Below, piece by piece: positions 1-11,970 of a DNA stretch of 64,000 nucleotides (its first letter is position 1; each line of letters begins with the position of its first letter). The DNA is from Epithemia pelagica (taxonomy: Eukaryota > Protista > Bacillariophyta): the NCBI GenBank assembly GCA_946965045.2, contig OX337232.1:3286001-3350000 (forward strand), in the 5' to 3' direction. Below the pieces are notes generated by a model. It did no database searches. It was not told where the DNA came from and saw only the letters and a list, made by a program, of their open reading frames with translations. A program made the translations under genes and the position numbers.

Positions 1-241
1 TAGGATGTAATTTCTGGGTCTTAGACTGTCGCTTAGTTTTAAATTCAAGGTCATCCGCAAGGGTTTCAGGATCGAAGACATACAACTCAAGAAACTCAGA
101 GAAGTTTAAAAATTTGTGATGAGTAAACCAGTCTTGGAAATCACTAAGGCGATCTGGGGGTTGATTCAAGATCGTAGTAAAGATGTGCTGAAAAACTGGA
201 TCCTGGGAAAGATCTACTGCATTCTCAGTCGGTTCCGTCAT
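1..241 (-). CDS. gag: 5' part of a probable Ty1/Copia (CoDi-like) gag-pol ORF, running off the left edge
   Basis: ATG at 241 (minus) opens a stop-free frame to the window edge: MTEPTENAVDLSQDPVFQHIFTTILNQPPDRLSDFQDWFTHHKFLNFSEFLELY... It resembles diatom Copia gag N-termini and lies downstream of an LTR-like segment. Confidence 0.45.
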   Translation of the reverse strand, partial: MTEPTENAVDLSQDPVFQHIFTTILNQPPDRLSDFQDWFTHHKFLNFSEFLELYVFDPETLADDLEFKTKRQSKTQKLHP

Positions 242-1294
242 GATATCAGTAAACTAGGTAGAACTAGGTGAAAAACTTGAATATCTTGAGCGGAGATAGG
301 ATGAAGTTACTACTGAAGAGCCCTCTAAATCAAATTCACCAGGTAGTAGCCTACTTGTATCCGTCTCCAAAAACTTGAAAAACTTGAAAATAAAACCAAA
401 TAAAACACTTGAAATCAAACCGATTGAAAATAAAACTCCAAGCAGAGGTGCTATTCAGAACCGGGAGCAATGTCACGGGGCTCGCTGAGCGAAGCTAATT
501 AGAATGTGACGCGCTTCCACTGCAGTCTTTAGGCTAGGTTGCTACCCGAGGGTAACGAAGAACTAGCAAGATCTGACGGTGTCTGTTCTTGACTCCACAC
601 ACCGGGATTGCCAATCCCTAGCCCAAACTCCACGTGTAGGAAGGAAAAGAAGCGATCAAAAGGCGGGAAAACCAAGAACAATCGCGCACCAGGAAGGTAA
701 CGTCTGGCGGTTAAGCAATCTGTCCACAGCGCAAAGATAGAGAGCCTGATCGCTTGGCGGGCGACAGCAACAGATGCGTTGTTAGTAACGAGCACGTGTG
801 CCGGAGCACGCGAAGTAGTACCTGTTGAGTACCTTAACTTCGCCCCCTGACGGTATCCAGCCGGTCTGGCAAGGATCGCCCTCTTTTCGGCCTTGCGGCT
901 TACTTGTACGTAAAGTACGGGATGGGGATACGACAGTCTCGCGGGGACTGGGAGTTGGGTTGCCCGTGGGATTGGTTACCTCGGATAGTTCCCCCAACTC
1001 TGTTTTCGGACACAGACAAGAAACGACGAAAAACAAAATTCGATGCCGACAATGAAGATTTTTCGACAACGATAAGACGACAACCAACCGACCCAACAAC
1101 CAACCAAATGGATGAATCGATCGAATATGACGAGACGGAGAGGACGGGATATGAGAATCAATCCCTCTGAACGAATTTTACCTTCGGAAGTAAGAGTGAA
1201 CCGAACAAACACAAACAACGCAAGAGATCGGTCAAAGACAACAATCAACCAAACGATTCGGAAAGGAGACGAGAACAACAATCAACAGGCGTGC

Positions 1295-1871
1295 TGTTGA
1301 GACTGTTAATCTGACAAAGGATGAAGGACTCCGGTCGTTACGACACAACAATCAAAGATACAACAAAGCGTTAGACAATTCAAGGCACCAACCACGTAGC
1401 CAATCCCCCACGGGTCAAGGAAAAGGCCAACAACTACTAGAAGAGTAGGTAGGACACAAAGAGATGTGATGATGATGCTTTTTAGAATTGTGAGTGTTAT
1501 CGTCTATGTTAGTGCTCGTTGTTGTTGTTCCCCCTTTTTCATCCATTTGTACTAGGTACGTAGAAATCTACACGCAGCATTGCTGGTTCGTGTGCATCTG
1601 ACATCTAGATCGCATTCAATCGTCCCAAGATATCGCACATGTTCATGGATGATGTCTAGCTCATGTCCAAGGCCATTGAAAGCGCCTCCTATCGTATTCC
1701 CTTTTTCCCCATTGTCTAAACTACGATCTACATGTGCTAGGTGTTTGTATATTATGACGTCACAGCCAGATGAAACCACTAGGTATTGATCGTGACTCAT
1801 CGTACGATCAGTCACGGTCATCTACCTTGTGCGATTCCTTTTGGATACCGGATGGGCTTCCCTGCGGAACA
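1295..1871 (-). mobile_element. Putative 5' LTR (~577 bp) of the Copia-like element
   Basis: Bounded by TGTT...AACA. On the minus strand it starts TGTTCCGCAG and ends ...GTCTCAACA, upstream of a ~1 kb leader and the gag-like ORF. The second LTR and TSD are outside the window; no canonical TGG PBS. Confidence 0.4.
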
Positions 1872-2235
1872 GTTAGTCTGAAAAAAGGTTTGGATCTTTT
1901 ATCTTTTGCACTTTTTACGAGACACAGAGTGTCGTCGTCGTCGTTCTATTAGGTTCTCGGTCTCACTCATTTCGTTGGGGTTGCGTGTATTTTTTTTTTT
2001 GGTTCTTTGATAGAACCACACCGACGAGACTTGAGGTGCAATCCACTGTGGTATCTCATCCTTACCTTGTTTGTGTTGTTGTAGCATTGACATTGTCTTG
2101 TCGTCAACGTCGTCTCTTGGACCGTCAGTGAATTCATCTCTCTCTCTCGCTCCTCGATCGAGTTCCGTTCCTTGTCTCACACACACACAACGATTCACTA
2201 CCGAATTCATCCTCATCCTCATCCTCATCATTATC

Positions 2236-4188
2236 ATGTCCAAGGATCGTATTTTGATTGTCGGTGCCGGTCCGTCCGGCTTGTGTGCTCTCAAGGAATT
2301 GAAGGAGGTTGGGTTGGACGCCCTTGTGGTGGATGGTCGGAGCGAGTTTGGAGGCATTTTTGCGCCCCATTCCAATGTGACGCTCGACGACGACTTGTTT
2401 TTGACCACGTCCAACATGTTTATGGCTTATTCCGACTTTCCACCCGCCGACACGACCATAAAGTATTGGACCCAGCAAGAATATTATCAGTACTTGACGC
2501 AGTACGTCCAACACTTTGACTTGGAACCGCATTTGCAATTGCAAACGACGGTCCAACAAGCCGTCTTTCAAAAATCGCATCAGAACTGGCGCGTCACCAT
2601 GATACAAAAACCCAAGGGTGGTAGAACACCAACAACAGTCGTCGAAAGCTTTTCGTACCTGATTGTGGCGACCGGATCCAATTCCAAACCCGTGATTCCA
2701 CCCCTCTTTGATGGCTTTACCGGTACCGTGATGCATTCGCAAGATTATCGCGATCCAGCGAAACAGGTGCAGGGCAAGAAGGTGTTGGTGGTGGGAGTGG
2801 GCGAATCAGCCACGGATGTGGCCACAACGGCCGCCCGGGTCGCATCGTCCGTGACGGTCTGGGGTCGTCGGTATCCCAGTTTGGCACCCCGCTTTGCCCA
2901 TGATTTGTTGGACGGGCCCATGCCGGATGAATACCGATGCTTGACCAAATTGCAAACCAATTTGACACCGGGCCAATTGTTGGAAAGCATGACCACGTCT
3001 CGAATTGTCCGCAATTTGCCCCTCGGCTTGTGGTCCGCCTGTTTGCACTTGTTGCTCTTTGATGTCAAGACCAAATTTGGCCCAAAGTCGGTCCAACAAG
3101 TCTTGTATGACATTTGCATAGCCGCCTATGCCCCCGATCGACTGTCGAGCAACTTTTGTTTGATTCCCACCAAAACCATGGCACTCGCCATTGCGGCCAC
3201 CAAGGGGGAGATTGACTTTACCATTGCCCCGCGCATTTCCTGTCGGGGAAGCACTGTCACGTTGCACGAGCCGTCCTATTTTGGCAACACCTTTACCCAG
3301 GAACCCACCATTGAGTTGAAGAATGTCGACGTCATTGTCGCCTGTACGGGCTATGAATTTGAGTTGAGTTGGATCAAACCACCAACACCGATCGAGCCCA
3401 ATCCACGCCAATGGTTCAAGCATTGCTTCCCCCTGGGCAAGGCCACGGCCTCGACCAACCTGGCCAATCATATCGCCTTTTTGGGCTATGCCCGTCCGCA
3501 TACCGGTGGCATTCCGCAATGTTCCGAACTCTTGGCGCGCTACATTGCCCAATTGCGTCTGGGTGCCAAACAATTGCCCCGCAACATGGCGGAACAGACG
3601 CAACGCGATGCCGCCTGTGAAGACGAATTGTTTCATACGGCCCAACACAATTGGGTCACGGTCGATTACAATCCCTTTGTCATGTCCATTGCCCGCTTGA
3701 TTGGATGCACGCCCCAAATGCCGGCCAATCCCTGGCAGATTGTCAAACATTGGACCTATCCCCTATGGCCCTGCTTTTTTCGAACCCAAGGTCCCGGGGC
3801 CAATTTGGCGGCCCATGATGCCGTCCTCAACAAGTTTGGTCCCTACGATGCCTTGGCACCCATGCCCTTTTTGGGCATTGAATTGGTTGTGACCTTGACC
3901 ATGCCCTTGGCCAATCTCCTTTCGTATTGTTTGAATGGTTTGATTCATGTGGGTCGTAGCAAGACGGCCGGCTTGCCACGATTCTATCGGTGGCGCATGT
4001 CCATGGGATACATGATGTACAATGAATTGCCGGCCTGGCAATGGGACGATTTTCTGTTTGTCGGTGGTCAAGTCGTCGCGGCCGGTCTCATTGTCCAACA
4101 CTTGATCACGTCCCCCATTGTATCGCTGTGGTCCTCTATCCTGTCATCCCTGTCGTCGTCGTCGTCGTCGTCCAAGAAGCAAGCCTAA
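2236..4188 (+). CDS. FMO: Flavin-containing monooxygenase (FMO-like) with hydrophobic C-terminal region
   Basis: FAD-binding GAGPSG directly after MSKDRILIV, ATG motif (LIVATGSNSKP), FMO signature FTGTVMHSQDY, NADPH-binding GVGESATD, ACTGY. Start set at ATG 2236 because the upstream part of the ORF is microsatellite. Confidence 0.9.
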   Translation: MSKDRILIVGAGPSGLCALKELKEVGLDALVVDGRSEFGGIFAPHSNVTLDDDLFLTTSNMFMAYSDFPPADTTIKYWTQQEYYQYLTQYVQHFDLEPHLQLQTTVQQAVFQKSHQNWRVTMIQKPKGGRTPTTVVESFSYLIVATGSNSKPVIPPLFDGFTGTVMHSQDYRDPAKQVQGKKVLVVGVGESATDVATTAARVASSVTVWGRRYPSLAPRFAHDLLDGPMPDEYRCLTKLQTNLTPGQLLESMTTSRIVRNLPLGLWSACLHLLLFDVKTKFGPKSVQQVLYDICIAAYAPDRLSSNFCLIPTKTMALAIAATKGEIDFTIAPRISCRGSTVTLHEPSYFGNTFTQEPTIELKNVDVIVACTGYEFELSWIKPPTPIEPNPRQWFKHCFPLGKATASTNLANHIAFLGYARPHTGGIPQCSELLARYIAQLRLGAKQLPRNMAEQTQRDAACEDELFHTAQHNWVTVDYNPFVMSIARLIGCTPQMPANPWQIVKHWTYPLWPCFFRTQGPGANLAAHDAVLNKFGPYDALAPMPFLGIELVVTLTMPLANLLSYCLNGLIHVGRSKTAGLPRFYRWRMSMGYMMYNELPAWQWDDFLFVGGQVVAAGLIVQHLITSPIVSLWSSILSSLSSSSSSSKKQA

Positions 4189-5136
4189 AACGACAAACCA
4201 ACAAAAGCCTACCAATCGAAGCTCCACCACACCACACGAACAGGTCCTCTCCTGTCGAGGAAACGATCCGTTTGTTGCTACAATTGCTATACATCTGCAT
4301 GCCAAAAGAATCCGTCGGTCCAGGACCAGCAGCATGGCAATCCACATTTTGTGTCCATAACAAAGGACAACAACGAAAACTAAATATCAAGCGTGGAATG
4401 AGGAGATAAAGCCCAACAGATACTCACGCACCTAGCAGAGAAACGATTGCACACCCTATATATATTCAATCTTGATAGAGTACCGACAAAAGACTGTGGA
4501 ATACTAGTCTTTGTATGCGATGGAGCAACCCAAACTGCGATACAAACTACCTACTCCTAGGTCGATCCATCCGTGAGTCGATATTCCTTTGGACTCTCTC
4601 TCTCTCTCTCTGTCCGTTGCGGTAGAGTCTCGATTGACGATTTTGGCAGAGAAGACTCTCCTTCGTTGTGGTCCCCAAAAGGATCACAACAGAAAAAGAG
4701 GAGCTTGCAAAGGAATGATGAATGGGAGATGAGGCGTCGATCTACTCAAGTTTGAAGTAAAGTAGGAGTAGTTCGTTTCACGAGAGATGCTATAACTAAT
4801 AGTATGCGGTGCTTACATACGAGAGATGAAAGATTGTTTCTGGAGTGTGATCGTTTATCCTGTTCGAAAGAGAGGAGGAGTCCTGTGGACGTCGGCATTC
4901 TCCCCTACTCCTAGTAGGAGTAGGCAGGTACTTACTCCCCTGGGGATATCCGTACATAGCAGGGATAGATTGGGTCATGTCTTTCACTCTCATACCCGCG
5001 CCATTTGCCATTTGGTACAACACGGGGATGTGAGATGTGCTCGCGTTCCGAGAACGCCAGCGGGCGGCTCTCATCGGTGGCACACATCGTCCCATTTTTT
5101 GGATATTCCGGAAATTCTCGTATTATTCTGGCGGCA

Positions 5137-8088
5137 ATGGTGGAGCCCACGACAACAGCATCCGAGGCCCAGCTCGTAGACTCCTTTTGTCATGCATTTG
5201 ACGATCCTTGCAAGAATTTGAAGGAAATTCTCGGCATGCTAGGAGAAGAACAACAACAAGAAGAAGAAGGACCGAGCAAGACAATTGCCACCACACGACA
5301 TGGCACAACGGGTCAGTATGCGCTCCATTGGATATTGCAGTCCTCTCCTCGCAATGTGGAATTGGTTTCCAGTTGGGAGGGATATCAAATTGTGCGTCGA
5401 CTCATCAACTTGTATCCGGCAGTCTTGTTGCAACACGATGCGAAGACTGGCAAATTGCCCATTCATTTGGCCCTCGAGATTCGCTTTGTCCATCCACGCA
5501 AACGAGACCAGTGTTTGGTCACCTTGATGCTTCGCACGGAACCTCGCTGTGCCAGCATTCCAATCTCAACCACCACGACGACGACAACAACAAACAATAA
5601 CAACCACGTGGGACAGTTGGCGCTTCATGTGGCATGTCGAGATCGCAAATGTCCCACCTCCACCCTCATGACGCTCGCCACTCGGTATCCTTACGCCATT
5701 CTTACCCCGGATGAGTCTCCCCACGCAAGTCTTCCCATTCATCTTTTATTGGAATGCAATCCTCCGCGCCTCGATGTGGTTCGACTGGTGACGCATTTTC
5801 ATGGCTTGCAACCCACTTGTGTGTCCATTCCCACTCGGGACACGAAACAGCTCCCCTTGCACCTCGTTTGTGAAGAGGCCATTCGTCGTAGCAAGGCGTG
5901 GAGCACTGCGTATCAGGAACAAGTGCTGCGACTCTTGTTGCGACTGCATCCGGCCGCAATGACGCAACCGGACCATCATGGAAATTTACCAGTCCATATC
6001 GCGGCCCGGCACAACCCCAAGCTGGCGGCCCTCTTGCTGTCGTCGTCGTCGTCATGGAACACCCGGGACGAGGACTGTTGGCGCAACCGGCAGGGACAAT
6101 TTCCCTTGCACATTGCGTGCCAACCACAGGCTTTACGCTACCATCCTCATCATCACTCTGCTGCGAGTCATAGTCATGTGGATGGCATTGTGGCCCTGAT
6201 CCAAGCTCGACCGAATCACGCGGCACGGACCGAACCCTCCGGTCAGACCCTGCCGCTGCATTGGGCCTGTCAACACCGACTGGTGGGTGTCATTCCCGCC
6301 TTGCTCGAGGCATTTCCCGCAGGTCTCCACCAACCTGACCAGGACGGCACTACACCCATTCAGTACGCGTCTCGAACCACTCATCGGAATCGGGCCGTCT
6401 TGACCCTCCTCCGGCAAGCAGCAGCAGGAGGAGGTCCTTTGCAACAACAGCAAAAGCAACAACAAGAACAACCAAGCCCAGCAGAATCAGCAACAGCCGA
6501 CTTGGAACAAGGACCAACTGTCATGGAAGAAGAAGAAGACGAGGGATTCGATGCATCGTTCGAAACTACTACGGACGCCACATGCACCATGCGCCGGCAC
6601 GAACCCACCGTCGTGTCACCGGACGGGTGTAGTAGCTCCAGCTCCAGTCATTGCAGTAGCAACAACAGTCGTGACGAGTTGCCCCACACGGCCCGAGATT
6701 CTGCAGCTGGTAGTCCAATCGACGACCAATCTCCGACAACAACAACAACACGAACACCAATGATGACAACTCGACCTCCTTCCGTAGTGTTGGACAAGAA
6801 CCAGAAGAATCTCCATAAAAATGAAACCGACCAACAAGAATCCTTGCGTCAACCCATTGGTGGCATGAAAACAGAGATTGAGAGCCACAAGGACAAAATG
6901 GTTTGTGACGAAAAAGAGGCATTCGACAAGACTCTCGCGGAGACCAAGGAATTGCGACAGCAATTGAGCACACTCCAAAACGAGGCCGAAACCACAAAGA
7001 ACAAGGCTCTGGAAGAAAAACAAGCATTGCAGCAGCAAGTTTGGAAGTTTCAGCTGGAAGCAAAATCCATCCAGAACAAAGCGCTCGACGAAACACACGC
7101 ATTGCAGCGGCAAGTGTGTAAACTTCAACAGGAAGCGGAACGTATCAAGAGCAAGGCTCAATGTGAAAAAGACGACTTGCTGGAACGTGTTTGTACACTA
7201 CGGAATGAGGCAGATAAGAGTAACAAGGCTATGAAACAGGCTAGGGAGGAAACACAAGTTTTAAAGCAAGCGTTGAAGGTTGCCCAAGAGAAAAATGCAG
7301 CCTTGCAAGTGCTTTTGCAAACACAGATTGCTGGACCACGTCGAGTCCGTGGCCCACCACTGACACTCTTGGCACCCAGACCACCACCCGTACCATCTCA
7401 TAAACAACAAGAACAAGAACCACCACCACCACAACACGAGGAAGGTGAACCACCTCTCAAAGAGCTCGTCTCTGCCGCCACAAGATCCTTGGTCTCGTCG
7501 TCGTCGTCCAAGAAGAAGGACCCACCAGGCGTTTCACTCTGCGATTCCAAACGCCCGGCGACGCAGGAGCAGCAGCAGCATGGAGGAGGAAAAGAGGAGG
7601 AGAACACGAGTCCCGAACTTATAGAAAGGGGTATCCACAGCGACAAACCCAATGTCGACAGTGTACAACCTCTGGAACGACAGGATCGAAAGAGACGACA
7701 AGAACAAGAGAATGGCCCACAACACCACCAACCAGACCAGGAGGACAAGAACGGCGACATTAGCACCCACCAAGATCAAGACGATTCTGGGACCACAGCA
7801 AGTCGCCCCACCAAGAAACGGGCCACGGAGGCAACAAGGATGGCGGCAAACAATCCCGCTACAACGACAACGACAGCAATCCGTGCGTCCACGTTTCCAT
7901 CCTCCTCTCCTCGACAATCGCGGAATCTTTCCGCGTCCTTGGCACAACCACCACCACTTTTGTCGGGACAGTCTCCAGTTCCGACCATGGCAGTACCTGT
8001 TCCAGTTCCCTTCTTTGTCCCACCTCCACCACAACTCCTCCACCATATGATGATGCTCGCATCACAGCAACAGCCGTGGACTGGATAG
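5137..8088 (+). CDS. Ankyrin-repeat-like protein with coiled coil and low-complexity C-terminus
   Basis: Repeated G-x-LPLH/LPIH/LALH-x-AC motifs (GKLPIHLAL, GQLALHVAC, GNLPVHIAA, GQFPLHIAC, GTTPIQYA), then an E/K/Q-rich heptad region and Q/P/T runs; single long ORF. Confidence 0.75.
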   Translation: MVEPTTTASEAQLVDSFCHAFDDPCKNLKEILGMLGEEQQQEEEGPSKTIATTRHGTTGQYALHWILQSSPRNVELVSSWEGYQIVRRLINLYPAVLLQHDAKTGKLPIHLALEIRFVHPRKRDQCLVTLMLRTEPRCASIPISTTTTTTTTNNNNHVGQLALHVACRDRKCPTSTLMTLATRYPYAILTPDESPHASLPIHLLLECNPPRLDVVRLVTHFHGLQPTCVSIPTRDTKQLPLHLVCEEAIRRSKAWSTAYQEQVLRLLLRLHPAAMTQPDHHGNLPVHIAARHNPKLAALLLSSSSSWNTRDEDCWRNRQGQFPLHIACQPQALRYHPHHHSAASHSHVDGIVALIQARPNHAARTEPSGQTLPLHWACQHRLVGVIPALLEAFPAGLHQPDQDGTTPIQYASRTTHRNRAVLTLLRQAAAGGGPLQQQQKQQQEQPSPAESATADLEQGPTVMEEEEDEGFDASFETTTDATCTMRRHEPTVVSPDGCSSSSSSHCSSNNSRDELPHTARDSAAGSPIDDQSPTTTTTRTPMMTTRPPSVVLDKNQKNLHKNETDQQESLRQPIGGMKTEIESHKDKMVCDEKEAFDKTLAETKELRQQLSTLQNEAETTKNKALEEKQALQQQVWKFQLEAKSIQNKALDETHALQRQVCKLQQEAERIKSKAQCEKDDLLERVCTLRNEADKSNKAMKQAREETQVLKQALKVAQEKNAALQVLLQTQIAGPRRVRGPPLTLLAPRPPPVPSHKQQEQEPPPPQHEEGEPPLKELVSAATRSLVSSSSSKKKDPPGVSLCDSKRPATQEQQQHGGGKEEENTSPELIERGIHSDKPNVDSVQPLERQDRKRRQEQENGPQHHQPDQEDKNGDISTHQDQDDSGTTASRPTKKRATEATRMAANNPATTTTTAIRASTFPSSSPRQSRNLSASLAQPPPLLSGQSPVPTMAVPVPVPFFVPPPPQLLHHMMMLASQQQPWTG

Positions 8089-8603
8089 CCAAATTCCCTA
8101 CATTGTCCTTTGTGCTGGCCCAAGAATAACCACAGGAACCAAACCTGTGGCCTTTTTATTGTTACCATGTGATGAGCAAATTTCAGGGCGATGAAACCAA
8201 TGGTGGATTGTCTACCTTGCTCCTAGGTGGCTCCTTCGAGCAACTTGGATACAAAATAAAAAATGACCCGCTAGTCTAATATCTACTCCTAGGAGTAGCT
8301 CGAATCATTTACTCCTATATCTATGTGTGGGGTGTGGGTAGATCCCTAATCTGCGACCTTTGTGCGACGCCTGTCGCTCGAAGAATCCTTTCTCCTTCTC
8401 ATTTTTCTCTTTTTCGACGACGACGAGTTGACATCTCTGCAAGAGGACTCCGATTACATTCAATCTCTCCCATTGTACACAAGTGATTTCAACAAAACGC
8501 CAGTACTTTGACTGATTTGTCTCCATTGAATCATCTCTTCTTCTTGGTTTTGTGGGTGGAGTCCATTTTTCTGAGAAGACGACGACGAATCTTTGCAGTG
8601 AGA

Positions 8604-9728
8604 ATGGTGTTGCTGTTTGCTTCTAGAATCGGTGGTCGTCTCGAACGCTCCCGTGGGAAGATTGCTGCCTGTTTGTCGCAGAATCAGTCGGCATCACACT
8701 TCTTTGGTTCCCATGGCGCTGCTTCGGGTCATCGGTCCATGACGTCCTTGTCACGTCGTGCTGCCGCACTCTCAGTTGCCGGATGCAATCCCTTGCACTT
8801 GTTTCAACAAGAATGTCACGCACGAGGATTGTGCAATGAGCAGGGAGAACGCATGCCCAATGTCGATTGGAGAATTGTTCTGGCATCCTCTACCGAATCC
8901 AACCGGGTACGTGTCTAGCTAGATATCGTCACTACCAACCAGTGTGTGCGTCTGGTTCGGATCTGCAACCGTTTCCGGAATGGAACTGTCCGAGTTTACC
9001 AAATGTGTGTGAGTTTCTCCCCATACTTTAAGAGTTTCTCATTGGGAGTTTACTCTGTGTTGTTTCCTTCCTTTTCTTTTCCTCTCTCTTTTGGTTTCGT
9101 TATTACTACAATAGCCTCCTAATCTCCGTACCGTGGGTCTCTGTCGAGTTTCCTCACAGGGATTGGACTTGGTGGTCAAAAAGACGTCCGCGCAATCTAC
9201 CTTGTTGGAATCTCCCGTCTCGATATTGCATTCGCAAGGTAAATTTTTGCCGGGTCAATCGGCCGAACAATGGCGCTTTGAATCCATGGCAGGTGTCATG
9301 CCTTTGGACTGGACCCCCAGCAAATGGTCCAATCTGTACCTCTCTTTACCTTGGTGAGTTTTTTGGGATCGCATCGATTGTTACAGCAACAACAACAACA
9401 AGCGCAAGCCGAAACCAACAAATCCTCCCAAGAAGAACCGGCCGTGGTGTCGGCCAATCGCGTGGCCATGGGTGCCAACAAGAGTCATTTGGTGGAATTG
9501 ATGCAAACGGCACGCATGGAATTGGAATCCTCCCCGAAGCAAATTCCCGAAACGGAATTGCTTCAGTGTGTCCAACCCGTACGAATCCTTCCCGAACGAG
9601 TCGAATGCATGTTGGCCAGTCCCGATGCCAGTATCATGTGGGATCGATGGGAATGGTTGCGACGAACCACCAAACAAGGAGAAGCAGAGGAGGAATGGTG
9701 CCATCCACAACAATTGGTGCCGCATTAG
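8604..9728 (+). CDS. Probable intron-containing pyridoxamine-5'-phosphate-oxidase-like (FMN split-barrel) protein; exon structure approximate
   Basis: Consecutive exon-like segments NPLHLFQQ...PNVDWRIVLASST, GLDLVVKK...PVSILHSQG...EQWRFE and ILPERVECML...WDRWEW follow the order of PNPO motifs (DP..LF..W; NP.VSLLF..QVRIEG; L.PE.VEFW..HDR). GT..AG gaps near 8907-8942 and 9009-9159. Confidence 0.4.
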
Positions 9729-10278
9729 TATTAGATGGAACGAGTTTGCTTCATGGGAGTAAGTATCATGATTCACGATAGACTTGTGCGTGATTGCCAT
9801 GCCTCGTTCTACTTGTGTTGTAGTGCTGGCTCCAAAGAAACAATTATCCTAATATGATAGAGTGTTGCAAATGGTGAAATTATAGGTGCACATTCAATCG
9901 TTATGGTGTACAAAAGGCCCCATCCATCTACTCTTGATTTGGCTTCCTTTCATCCTTCATCTTCACTAGCTGGTTTTGATAGTCCTTGAATTGCAGGTCC
10001 TTCTGGTAGTGGCATGACTTTATCTTCATCTCCATGAAAGAATAAATGTATTCATTCAGATAAAGCAAAGGAACACAGGAAAAAGAACACACGCTAAATA
10101 CAATTGATTTCATTGTTTGGATATTCGATTTCTATACAAGGTTCATGCAAAATTTGTCGTGTACAATATATACACAATGTGCCCTCTCCTTTGGGATCAA
10201 ACACATATTCTTCCGGACCGACATTCAGTCTTGTGGTACAGTCCCCCCACCCATACTGGGCAAAAACGTCTTGAGGAT

Positions 10279-11970
10279 TCAAAAGGGCGTCTTGTTCTTG
10301 TGGACGTGATGGTGATTCTTGGAGCGACGTGCCTTGGAATGTGATGATGATGGTGCTTGCTGTTTTTTCTTGTCATACTTGTCATCGCGCAAAATAAAGG
10401 CACACAATTCCGGACGCCCTCATACAAAAAAGGGATTTTGAAAAGATCCCTTGAGGGGTCCATGTTTTTGAATCGGAAATCGATAGGAAAACAATTGTCT
10501 TCGAAAACAGGCCCATGTGCGACCTCGAAAGTACTTGGGCATGATGGATTCGACAAAGGTATTGGGGTCGTGAATCCACAAGCCTCCACCAATGTCCAAA
10601 AAACACATGATATGATGTTGACCGGACGCTTCCAAATCGGTCACAATGCGATGCAACTTTTGGGCAAAGGATTCGTGATTGTATTCTCGCTTGTGACGAA
10701 TGGGCGCCATGTCCACAGCCGGTGGTGGCGAGGGAGTACAACACAAGAGCGGGGGTGTCACCACCACTGGGGCAAACACACTGCTCATCATTCTTGGAGG
10801 AGGAGGAAGAGCGCACGTGGCAGTCGTTGCAGCGGAAGCCGCGCTCACAATGTCTTGGGGAACCCCCATACCGCTTCGTGGCATGATGGCATCAGGAGGA
10901 CAGGAGGAGGAGCTCTTGGTTGTAGTGACATCTTGTGGTGGCGCTTGCTTTGTATCGTTCTTGGTGGAGATGGTTCGAGGTTCGGTGATAGATGGCATTG
11001 ACGCTCGAGGATTCTTGAGGGTACTGGAACTGCTGGAGAGCATGGCCAGAACGTGAGCAGCTACCGATCGTTCTTCATTGGTGCCAGTCTTCGAGGCAGT
11101 GTTGTGAGAGGCCGAGACCATGGCTGGAGGATCCGAGGAAGAAGAAGAAGGAGGGGTGGCGGCCAAAGTGGTGGAGAGGTGTTGACCCAATTGTTCATTG
11201 GCCAAGACTGCGAGAAGTGGAGCCGCTCCACTCAAGGGAGCATGCGCCGGGAGGGCAACCGGTGCTGCCGCTGCAATAGGGGCACTGTTGGAGGAGGGTT
11301 TCCACAAGCTACTACTAGTAGAAGAGGGGGAAGGCGCAGTAGCCGTAGCAGGGACCGCTGTCGCAGTAGCCTTGATTTGATGGAGCATGTGCTCGAGAAC
11401 ATTGTTTTCGAGTGCTTGGCGTTCTTGATGATTCTTGAGGAGCTGGAGGAGAAGATGTTGCTGTTGTCGCAAAAGCGTAATGGCATTGGAAGAACTTGCG
11501 CCACTGTTGGAGGATGGCAGCATTGTGAGAGGAGAACTGCTGCTGCTGCCGTTATTTCCCAGGGCATTTCCATACCCTAGTGCGCTCAAGGTATTCAACC
11601 ATTCCATAGCTTGCTGCTCGGAAGAAACTTGGTTCTTGTTTGTAGCAGTAGCAGCCTGAGGAGGAACCATGAGAGAGGAAAATGTGGAAGGGGATGGCAT
11701 GGCTCTGTTCGTTGTCTTGGTGGAAGAATTCTGACAGGAAACAAGATCACCATTCCTACTACGCATTGGGTCCAAGTTGACACCACGTGTCGCTGGAGGA
11801 TGATGAAACTGCATGGTTGACAAGAGCGTGTCCATTGTCTTATTGATTCTAGTGTTGCTTGGATCACCCAGACTCTTCTGCCTTTCAACAATCGATTTGA
11901 GAGGTTCTTGATTGTCTATCTTTCTCTCGCCCTCTGCTTTTTCTCTCTTTCTTTTTTGTGTGGTTGCCAA
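10279..11970 (-). pseudogene. HSF: HSF-type DNA-binding-domain protein (DBD at C-terminus) with in-frame TGA at 10420-10422
   Basis: ESFAQKLHRIV...FVESIMPKYFRG..WACFRRQLFSYRF...NPFFV*GRPELCAFILRD. The frame continues after the stop to TGA at 10279-10281 and still matches the paralogue at 43395 (NPLFLRGRPELSKYIERD). Confidence 0.75.

Noticed and set aside
2071-2235. N-terminal 55 codons of the 705-aa ORF; likewise 5005-5136 and 60451-60522
   Set aside because: Microsatellite or UTR-like sequence upstream of a better ATG; the FAD motif starts right after Met 2236.
10420-10422. HSF TGA as selenocysteine or programmed readthrough, or stops as a genetic-code change
   Set aside because: The aligned residue is Arg (CGA), the 3' context is GGG with no evident stem, and all three stop types occur as one-off lesions while most genes end normally.
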